Positions 57,123 to 64,000 of a stretch of DNA of 64,000 nucleotides are shown piece after piece (the first letter of the stretch is position 1; the number at the start of each line of letters is the position of its first letter). A model generated the notes under the pieces. It saw nothing but the letters and a program-made list of their open reading frames with translations, ran no database searches and was not told the DNA's origin. The position numbers were made by a program, and so were the translations under genes. The DNA is from an uncultured Prevotellaceae bacterium. Lineage in GTDB: Bacteria > Bacteroidota > Bacteroidia > Bacteroidales > Bacteroidaceae. Location: positions 31,036 to 95,035 of the forward strand of contig CAMAFX010000002.1 of assembly GCA_945833925.1 (NCBI GenBank). Reading direction: 5' to 3'.

Positions 57123-59186
57123 ATGTTTAAACAACAGATTCAAGAGGCTCAGCGCGTCACTTTCCACCAATATGGGAGAAAGGGATACAGCATCTTCAAC
57201 AGTCTGAAGAAGGAAGTGAGAATCGGTGTGCTGACGGCAGCAACACTGGCTACTGCTTCCGTTGCCAAGGCAGAGACGCCACGCGTGGCTGTCGAGGAGA
57301 CCGTAGAGGAGTATGTAGACGACGAGCAGAGCATGGCCGAGGTGACCGTGAGCGGCACCATGGCTCCGCTGACTCAGTTGCAGTCGGCACGCATTGTTTC
57401 TGTGCTATCCCGCAAGGACATCGAACAGGCGGGGGCACAGAGTGTCAACGACTTGTTGAAACTTGCCACAGGCGTGGACGTCCGTCAGCGCGGTGGCTTT
57501 GGTATTCAGACGGACATCAGCATCAACGGAGGTACGTACGAGCAGGTTACCATTCTGCTGAACGGCGTGAACATCTCAAACCCCCACACCGGACATCTGG
57601 CTGCTGACTTTCCGGTGAGTGTCGGCGACATAGAGCGCATCGAGGTTCTCGAGGGCGCGGCAAGCCGCGTGTATGGCGGACAGGCATTCGGCGGAGCCAT
57701 AAACATCGTCACCAGGCAGGTGACCAGGAATGGCGCAGAGGTCGGAGTAGAGGCTGGAAGCTGGGGCACGGTGCAGGCTGACGGACGCGTGGCACTGCTG
57801 GGCAGACACGTAACCAACAGCATCAGCGGCGGTGGCGGCAGAAGCGACGGTGGAACGCTGAACGACGCATGGAAGAAGGGCCAGCTGTACTACAACGGCC
57901 AGTATGCGCACCAGCAGTTCGACCTGAAGTGGCAGGCAGGCTTCAGCCGCAAGGGCTACGGCGCCAACACCTTCTATTCGGGTTCGAGCACAGATCAGTG
58001 GGAGCAGAACGAGCGCTACATCGTAAGCGTGGGCGCCGAGACAAAGGGAAAGTTCCACTTCATGCCGTCGGTGTACTGGAACCGCACCTACGACAACTAT
58101 CACTGGCACAAGGGACAGCCCGAGAACCCCTACAGCAACTCGCACCAGTCGGACGTGTACGGCGGACGAATAGGCGGCTACGTGAGCTGGTGGGGCGGCA
58201 AGACAGCTGTCTGTGCCGAGCTGCGCAACGAGGGCATACTGAGCAGTTCGCTGGGTACGCTGATGGAGGAGGATGAGTTCGTCTCGCGCCACGGCGACGG
58301 AAAGACGATGAAGAAGCATGCCAACCGCACCAACGTGAGCTACAACCTGGAACACAACATCGTGCTGGACCGCTGGACTATCAGTGCCGGCGTGGTTGCC
58401 AACATGAACACGGGCGTAGACCACAAGTACCGCTTCTACCCGGGCGTGGACATTGCTTACCGTCCGACGACAAACTGGAAGGTGTTCCTCTCGTACAACA
58501 AGGGCTTCCGTCTGCCTTCATATACCGATTTATATTATAACAGTCCCGACATAACCGGCAACAACCAGCTGAAGCCGGAGGAAAACCGCTCGGTGTCGCT
58601 CGGTGCACAGTATCAGCTGAAGGGCTTCGCCATGAGCGGACGTACATTCTACAACCGCGGTCACAACATGATCGACTACGTGAAGCAGGTGTTCGGCGAC
58701 GCAGCGCATGCTGACAACTTCGACCTCGACAACATCGGCGTGGAGGCAGAGGCAAAGCTCGACTTCACAGCCCTTGCAAAGCAGGACATATGGCTGCGCA
58801 ACTTCACTCTGGGCTACACCTACATGCACCAGAACCGCGACGGCAAGTACAGCATCTTTACCAGTCTGTATGCCTCTGACTATCTGCGCCATAAACTGGT
58901 GGCTAACCTCAATCACAAGATTGGATGGGACAAGCTGACGGCAACATGGAGCGTGCGCTGGCAGGACCGCATGGGAAGTTTCCAGATATACTACGGAGAG
59001 AAGGCTACAGACCGCCTGCAGAACTACCACCCATACGCACACCTCGACCTGAAACTGCAGTGGACGGACAAGAAGTTTGACGTGTACGTGAAGGGTACGA
59101 ACATCACCAACCACCACTACTACGACCTGGGCAACATCCTGCAGCCTGGCATCTGCGTTCTGGCAGGAGCGAGGGTAAGGCTCTGA
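57123..59186 (+). CDS. TonB-dependent outer-membrane receptor (BtuB/siderophore-size class)
   Basis: Start taken at MFKQQIQ. The plug region reads ...IVSVLSRKDIEQAGAQSVNDLLKLATGVDVRQRGGFGIQTDISINGG. The rest is a beta-barrel. Confidence 0.85.
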   Translation: MFKQQIQEAQRVTFHQYGRKGYSIFNSLKKEVRIGVLTAATLATASVAKAETPRVAVEETVEEYVDDEQSMAEVTVSGTMAPLTQLQSARIVSVLSRKDIEQAGAQSVNDLLKLATGVDVRQRGGFGIQTDISINGGTYEQVTILLNGVNISNPHTGHLAADFPVSVGDIERIEVLEGAASRVYGGQAFGGAINIVTRQVTRNGAEVGVEAGSWGTVQADGRVALLGRHVTNSISGGGGRSDGGTLNDAWKKGQLYYNGQYAHQQFDLKWQAGFSRKGYGANTFYSGSSTDQWEQNERYIVSVGAETKGKFHFMPSVYWNRTYDNYHWHKGQPENPYSNSHQSDVYGGRIGGYVSWWGGKTAVCAELRNEGILSSSLGTLMEEDEFVSRHGDGKTMKKHANRTNVSYNLEHNIVLDRWTISAGVVANMNTGVDHKYRFYPGVDIAYRPTTNWKVFLSYNKGFRLPSYTDLYYNSPDITGNNQLKPEENRSVSLGAQYQLKGFAMSGRTFYNRGHNMIDYVKQVFGDAAHADNFDLDNIGVEAEAKLDFTALAKQDIWLRNFTLGYTYMHQNRDGKYSIFTSLYASDYLRHKLVANLNHKIGWDKLTATWSVRWQDRMGSFQIYYGEKATDRLQNYHPYAHLDLKLQWTDKKFDVYVKGTNITNHHYYDLGNILQPGICVLAGARVRL

Positions 59187-59294
59187 CAACTGAAACGTAC
59201 ACCTTACCCCGAAAGTTTAGTTAAAATCTTACAAAAGGTTTAGACGTTTCAACTTTTTTTCTTAAATTTGCCAAAAATTGCAATTGAGAAAGTA

Positions 59295-60047
59295 ATGAAA
59301 CGTCTGAGCCTTTTTCTTTTATCTCTGGTCGTAGCGATAGCGGTTTCCGCAAAACCGTTCACTCTTGTCATTGATGCCGGACACGGTGGCAAGGATCCCG
59401 GAGCTGTGGGCAAGACGCTGAAAGAGAAGGATATAAACCTGCGCGTGGCACTCGCCTTTGGCAAACTGGTGGAGCAGCGCATGCCCGACGTCAAGGTGGT
59501 GTACACGAGGAAGACGGATGTGTTTGTGGAGCTGAACGAGCGCGCTCGCATAGCCAACCGCAACAAGGCAGACCTCTTCATCTCCATCCACACCAATGCG
59601 TCGGCGTCAGGACAGTCGGCACGCGGAACGGAAACCTACACGCTGGGTATGCACCGTGCGGCAAGCAATCTGGAGGTGGCAAAGCGAGAGAACTCTGCCA
59701 TCATGCTGGAGTCGAACTATGCCGAGAAGTACGAGGGCTTCGACCCAAAGAGCAGCGAGAGCTACATCATCTTCGAACTGATGCAGGACCAGTACATGAA
59801 GCAGAGTGTAAGTCTGGCGCAGAAGATACAGAACCAGTTCAGGAACTGTGCCAGGCGATCAGACCGTGGTGTGTACCAGGCAGGTTTTCTCGTGCTGAGA
59901 GCAACGTCGATGCCAAGCTGCCTGGTGGAGGTGGGATACATCACCAACCCCTCGGAGGAGCAGTACCTCGGTTCGGCGCAGGCTGAGACGCAGCTGAGCG
60001 AGAGCCTCTACAACGCCTTCAAGAAGTATAAGGCAACTCAGCAATAA
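59295..60047 (+). CDS. N-acetylmuramoyl-L-alanine amidase (Amidase_3)
   Basis: Start taken at MKRLSLFLLSLVVAIAVSA. LVIDAGHGGKDPGA and DLFISIHTNA zinc-ligand motifs are present. Confidence 0.9.
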   Translation: MKRLSLFLLSLVVAIAVSAKPFTLVIDAGHGGKDPGAVGKTLKEKDINLRVALAFGKLVEQRMPDVKVVYTRKTDVFVELNERARIANRNKADLFISIHTNASASGQSARGTETYTLGMHRAASNLEVAKRENSAIMLESNYAEKYEGFDPKSSESYIIFELMQDQYMKQSVSLAQKIQNQFRNCARRSDRGVYQAGFLVLRATSMPSCLVEVGYITNPSEEQYLGSAQAETQLSESLYNAFKKYKATQQ

Positions 60048-60095
60048 AGGGCATGGCGAACGCCCGCAGTTTATTCACATTAAAAGGGTAGTGAT

Positions 60096-60986
60096 ATGAA
60101 GTACTTTACCAAAGAAGTCAAGATTGGATTGGTCGGTGTCGTGGCACTGATTGTGTTATATATGGGCATCAACTTCCTGAAGGGAGTAAGTTTCAAGCCA
60201 AGTCACAACTATTTTATCACGTTTGCAAATGCAAAGGGACTGACAACGAGCAGCCCTGTCTATGCCGACGGCTACCAGATAGGCATTGTGAAGGATATAA
60301 ACTATGACTTCGAGAATCCTGGAAGCGTGGTGGTGGAGATTACCGTAGACGACGATGTGCGCATACCGGTAGGCACCAAGGCTTCGCTTGCCGAGGGCAT
60401 GCTGGGCGGTTGCACGCTTAACATGACTCTGGGCACTAACCCAAAGCAGATGATTGCCAACGGCGACACCATAAAGGGAAGCAGCGATGACGGCCTGTTC
60501 GACCAGGTTGCCAACGTGATGCCTCAGGTGAGCGTCGTCCTGCAGCATGTCGATTCGCTCATCACCACTCTCAATATGGTGGCTGGCGACCCCAACATAC
60601 CACGCATCCTGGGCAACGCAGAGCGGCTGACCAACAATCTTAACAGCACATCGGTGCAGCTCAACAGTCTGCTTAACAAGGATGTACCACATCTGCTCAG
60701 CTCGTTTGACGCTGCCGGACAGAACGTGGAGAAACTGAGCGCCAACCTGGCTCAGATGGACCTCAACCAGACGATGGACAAGGTGAACCAGACTATCGAC
60801 GACGTGCAGGAACTGATACGACTGATGCAGGACCCAAACGGCAACCTCGGACTCCTGCTCAAGGATACTGCCGTATATCATAACCTTAACGCTACGATAA
60901 GCAGTGCAAACAACCTGCTCATCGACATGCAGTCTCACCCAAAGCGCTACGTGCACTTCTCTGTTTTCGGCAAGAGTGACAAGTAA
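60096..60986 (+). CDS. mlaD: MlaD/MCE-domain protein
   Basis: 296 aa. N-terminal TM anchor KIGLVGVVALIVLYMGINFLKG, then an MCE fold and a helical C-terminus. Confidence 0.8.
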   Translation: MKYFTKEVKIGLVGVVALIVLYMGINFLKGVSFKPSHNYFITFANAKGLTTSSPVYADGYQIGIVKDINYDFENPGSVVVEITVDDDVRIPVGTKASLAEGMLGGCTLNMTLGTNPKQMIANGDTIKGSSDDGLFDQVANVMPQVSVVLQHVDSLITTLNMVAGDPNIPRILGNAERLTNNLNSTSVQLNSLLNKDVPHLLSSFDAAGQNVEKLSANLAQMDLNQTMDKVNQTIDDVQELIRLMQDPNGNLGLLLKDTAVYHNLNATISSANNLLIDMQSHPKRYVHFSVFGKSDK

Positions 60987-61038
60987 TTTTTTTGCATTTT
61001 TTCTCTCTATTTTTGGTTGAAATATTAGGTCTTTTTTG

Positions 61039-61046
61039 TACCTTTG
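61039..61046 (+). promoter_or_regulatory. -7 promoter box TACCTTTG for dnaA
   Basis: Matches TAnnTTTG, 51 nt upstream of the dnaA ATG. Confidence 0.4.
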
Positions 61047-61097
61047 CGACCGTTTTTCTGTCTATAAATAAGATGGAAAAGGACTAATTACCTGCAA

Positions 61098-62516
61098 ATG
61101 ACACAGAACGAGTATAAACATCAATGGGAACAGTGCCTCGAGATTATCAAGCGTAATCTTGAGCCGAAGGACTTTGACACTTGGTTCAGTCCACTCTCGT
61201 TCTACTCGTACAATGCACAGACTAACGAACTGAAAATCAACGCTCCCAGCAGTTACTTCCGCGAACATATCGAGAAGAACTTCTCCATCGTTACGTGGGA
61301 GGCGGTGCGTCAGGGCTTCGGACTCAAGGTGCGCCTTGGCTTCCGCCAGATGACGGACAGCGAGAACAAGCTGACACAGGTGGTGGAGGTGGGCAACTCG
61401 AAGACTCTGGTTGAAGGTGTCGACCCGTCGGCACAGGTGAAGAAGCAGATAAACAAGCAGGGACGCGACGTACAGCCTGAGTTCGACTCTCACCTGCTCG
61501 AGGAATACAGTTTCGACAATTTCATCGAGGGCAAGAGCAATATCCTCTCGCGCAGCGTCGGAATGAGTCTGGCGCAGAACCCCAAGCAGATGACCTTCAA
61601 CCCATTGTTCATACACGGACACTCGGGCGTGGGCAAGACCCATCTTGTAAATGCCATCGGCAGGGCGATAAAGGACATCCACCCCGAGAAGAAGGTGCTG
61701 TACCTAAGTGCACACGTCTTCCAGTATCAGTATGTGGATGCCGTGAGGAACAACAACATGCCCGACTTCATACGCTTCTACCAGCAGATTGACGTGCTGA
61801 TACTTGACGACGTGCACGAGTTTGCCGCGCAGAAGGGTACTCAGAACACATTCTTCCATATCTTCAATCATCTGAAGCAGAACGGAAAGCAGATAATCCT
61901 GACATGTGACCGCAAGCCGTCGGAGATGCAGGGCATGGAGGAGCGACTGCTGTCGCGATTCAAGTGGGGTATGATAGCCGAGATAGGGCAGCCCGACGAA
62001 AAGCTTCGCAAAGGCATACTACTAAACAAAATTCACCGCAACGGACTTGACATTCCGCAGGACGTCGTAGAGTTTATCTCAAAGAATATAACCGGCAATG
62101 CGCGCGAACTTGAAGGTGTTGTAAATTCGCTCATGGCTCACTCCATCTGCTTCAACTGCGACATCGACCTCACGCTGGCTCAGCGTGTGGTGAATCAGAC
62201 TGCCATTGTGGAGAGCCGCACCGTGACGGTGGACGACATAGTGGAGCATACGTGCCGTGTGCTGGAGGTGACTAAGGAGGACATCCTCGGTTCGAGCCGA
62301 CGCGCCAACATTGCTCAGGCACGACAGATAGCAATGTACCTGACGCAGAAGCACACTAACCTGTCGACCAGCAAGATCGGTGCGATGATTGGCAACCGCA
62401 ACCACGCAACGGTCATTCACTCCGTAAGACTCATCGATGATCTTCTGACAAATGACAAGAAGGTGCAGGAGAGGGTCAGCGCAGTAGAGGAAAGCCTGAA
62501 GAAGAGAAGAGGCTGA
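61098..62516 (+). CDS. dnaA: chromosomal replication initiator protein DnaA
   Basis: 472 aa. Walker A GHSGVGKTHL, the AAA+ module and a C-terminal DNA-binding domain (...IAQARQIAMYLTQKHTNLSTSKIGAMIGNRNHATVIHS). Confidence 0.95.
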   Translation: MTQNEYKHQWEQCLEIIKRNLEPKDFDTWFSPLSFYSYNAQTNELKINAPSSYFREHIEKNFSIVTWEAVRQGFGLKVRLGFRQMTDSENKLTQVVEVGNSKTLVEGVDPSAQVKKQINKQGRDVQPEFDSHLLEEYSFDNFIEGKSNILSRSVGMSLAQNPKQMTFNPLFIHGHSGVGKTHLVNAIGRAIKDIHPEKKVLYLSAHVFQYQYVDAVRNNNMPDFIRFYQQIDVLILDDVHEFAAQKGTQNTFFHIFNHLKQNGKQIILTCDRKPSEMQGMEERLLSRFKWGMIAEIGQPDEKLRKGILLNKIHRNGLDIPQDVVEFISKNITGNARELEGVVNSLMAHSICFNCDIDLTLAQRVVNQTAIVESRTVTVDDIVEHTCRVLEVTKEDILGSSRRANIAQARQIAMYLTQKHTNLSTSKIGAMIGNRNHATVIHSVRLIDDLLTNDKKVQERVSAVEESLKKRRG

Positions 62517-62517
62517 A

Positions 62518-62560
62518 AAGCGTGAGGGAATACTGAAAGAAGCGTGAGAGAATACTGAAA
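62518..62560 (+). repeat. two tandem copies of a 21-nt unit AAGCGTGAG(G/A)GAATACTGAAA directly after the dnaA stop
   Basis: Copies at 62518-62538 and 62540-62560 match at 20 of 21 positions, with a 22-bp period. Confidence 0.85.
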
Positions 62561-62589
62561 AAAACGGGAAAACGTTATTGAGTTGAAAC

Positions 62590-62630
62590 GAAACAAGGAT
62601 TTCACCAATCAGAGGTGAAATCCTTGTTTC
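62590..62630. terminator. 17-bp hairpin between dnaA and the convergent nitroreductase gene
   Basis: GAAACAAGGATTTCACC - aatcaga - GGTGAAATCCTTGTTTC. The right arm overlaps the last codons of the minus-strand gene. Confidence 0.6.
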
Positions 62631-63358
62631 TTTAATGTCTCGATGAAGACCTCGCTCAGTGCCTCGTTGTCTTTGCGAGTGTAGCGTATGTCGGTGAATA
62701 TCTGCGCCAGAGTCTCCTTGTTGTTTATCTCGACGAAGTGTTTGTTCTCTGGAAGGTTCTCTTTCGGAGTGTAGAACTCGTCAATCCTCTGGGGCGTGTA
62801 GTTGGAGTATGTTTCCTGATGAACGAACGATGCCAGGGGCAGACGGTCTGACTGTGCTGGATGCTCGTCGGGCCAGCCGACGGTGATGGTGGCTACGGGC
62901 ATTACCAGCCGGGGCAGGCGGAGCGCGTCGATAATCATGCCGGGCATGTAGACCGTGGTGCCAAGATAGCAGACACCGAGCCCGGACTCTTCGGCAAGGC
63001 AGCAGAACGTCTGGGTGTAGAGCAGTGCGTCGGACGCGGCATTGATGAAACTCAGCATGTTGTCGTAGCCAGGGTCGGCGCTGCGGTTGCGGCACCACTC
63101 GGTAGTGCGGTTGAAGTCGGCGCAGATGGTCAGCACCACAGGTGCCGCCTTCACCATGGGCTGGTTGAAGTGGGCAGGCGAGAGTTTCTCCTTCATCGCC
63201 GCATCCCTCGTCACCACCACGCTGTAAAGCTGCAGGTTACCCATGGTCTGGGTTCTGCCGGCGGCTTCGAGAAGTTCGTTCAGCAGTTCCTCGCTCACCT
63301 CTCTGTCACTATACTTGCGTATGCTCGTTCTCTTCTTTAAAACGTCTATCAATTTCAT
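62609..63358 (-). CDS. nitroreductase-family NAD(P)H-flavin oxidoreductase
   Basis: 249 aa. The N-terminus LKKRTSIRKYSDREVSEELLNELLEAA is typical of the family. Confidence 0.85.
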   Translation of the reverse strand: MKLIDVLKKRTSIRKYSDREVSEELLNELLEAAGRTQTMGNLQLYSVVVTRDAAMKEKLSPAHFNQPMVKAAPVVLTICADFNRTTEWCRNRSADPGYDNMLSFINAASDALLYTQTFCCLAEESGLGVCYLGTTVYMPGMIIDALRLPRLVMPVATITVGWPDEHPAQSDRLPLASFVHQETYSNYTPQRIDEFYTPKENLPENKHFVEINNKETLAQIFTDIRYTRKDNEALSEVFIETLKKQGFHL

Positions 63359-63630
63359 ATTTCCTTTTGATTCAATTTGTTGGTCCCTTACAAAACAATA
63401 TATTGTCTGTTAATGGCTTTTTTTGTAACTACTCCCTCCCATTCGGGGGGTGGGGAGAGGGACCTCACTTTTCCCTTTTCACTTTTCACTTCGCGTAGCG
63501 ACATGGCAAAGTTACCCACAAAATGTGACATACAAAAATAATGAGACGGATATTTCTTGGTACGTAAGGAAAAAAGATGTATTTTTGCAGAAAACAAAAT
63601 GAGTAGCCTCCCTGACTGCCGAGAGGGAAA

Positions 63631-64000
63631 ATGGACGAGGCTAAGATAACTGTTTGTTATAAAGAAGTTAATATGGAAAAGGAAAAGTTCATAGCATCCA
63701 TGCTGGCAAGCGAGGGCGAACGGCTGCAGCGCCCACTGACCGAGGAGGAGTGCCTGAATATCATCATGTCAACTCCGCACGGCGAGGTGCACGAGAGCAG
63801 GCCGGAGGTGCTGGAATGTGACGTGGTGCGCTTCCAGAACAAGAAGGAGAAGTGGGTGGCTTTCGTGGGGCTGATGGACGGTCGCCCATACGAGATATTC
63901 ACCGGACTGCAGGACGACGACGAGGGAATCCTCATCCCGAAGAGAATCAACAAGGGACGCATCATCAAGGCAAACAACCCCGACGGCACTCACCGCTACG
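63631..64000 (+). CDS. 5' part of an unidentified ORF running off the window; weak resemblance to a conserved segment of B12-dependent (class II) ribonucleotide reductases
   Basis: The frame is open from the stop at 63604 to the window end, with ATGs at 63631 and 63673. The translation is ...MEKEKFIASMLASEGERLQRPLTEEECLNII...SRPEVLECDVVRFQNKKEKWVAFVGLMDGRPYEIFTG.... A TATTTTTG -7 box lies at 63580-63587. The functional call is by memory only. Confidence 0.5.
   Translation, partial: MDEAKITVCYKEVNMEKEKFIASMLASEGERLQRPLTEEECLNIIMSTPHGEVHESRPEVLECDVVRFQNKKEKWVAFVGLMDGRPYEIFTGLQDDDEGILIPKRINKGRIIKANNPDGTHRY

Noticed and set aside
63405-63440. G-rich tract GGGGGGTGGGGAGAGGG as a G-quadruplex, and the adjacent CTTTTC heptad repeats.
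   Set aside because: Only three separable G-runs of at least 3 are present, so there is no canonical four-run G4. The pyrimidine repeats are short and imperfect. The 69-aa ORF here (63388-63597) has no coding signature.
1-64000. Mobile elements, prophage, defence islands.
   Set aside because: I recognised no integrase, transposase, recombinase, restriction-modification, toxin-antitoxin or cas-like ORFs. The gene content is housekeeping plus glycan- and peptide-utilisation functions.

Overview
The window is a chromosomal segment from a Bacteroidota genome. This assignment rests on TAnnTTTG -7 promoter boxes before many genes, type III glutamine synthetase, TonB-dependent receptor/DUF4249 pairs and a BlaR1-TonB fusion. 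It is probably a GC3-rich Bacteroidales/Prevotellaceae-like organism. I found no rRNA, tRNA, CRISPR, transposase or integrase.

Gene content, left to right:
- (1) A glutamine/nitrogen block at 1-17.8 kb: asnB (partial), gltD, gltB, glnN, dapF, then divergently a purF-like amidotransferase, pyrG and a fused carA-carB ORF.
- (2) The blaI/blaR1-like pair, purA-crcB, an AlkD-like gene, M49 DPP III, a small AraC-type HTH protein and a 930-976 aa coiled-coil protein with an SbcC/Rad50-type CxxC hook but no ATPase heads.
- (3) A plus-strand chain: hisS, ABC-F, TonB-dependent receptor, DUF4249, an MG2/plug-like protein, M13 peptidase and a CCA/HD nucleotidyltransferase.
- (4) A 2005-aa secreted GH20 hexosaminidase + GH33 sialidase fusion with repeated lectin-like modules and a C-terminal dockerin, followed by tex and a GT-C-like membrane protein.
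- (5) fucP, a YbaK-like deacylase, a truncated and frameshifted GH95-like remnant, a PL11-like lyase, a second TonB-dependent receptor, an amidase, mlaD, dnaA, a nitroreductase and a partial ORF.

The most notable observations are the GH20-GH33-dockerin giant, the headless SbcC-like hook protein, the CarA-CarB fusion, the decayed GH95 gene, and several structured non-coding repeats. These repeats are an A/T-palindrome array at 41.45 kb, AAATCGTAAAT repeats at 36.0 kb, and a TTAGAT operator-like set at the blaI promoter. I see no clear-cut novel multi-gene system. All functional calls rest on motifs read by eye and need database confirmation.
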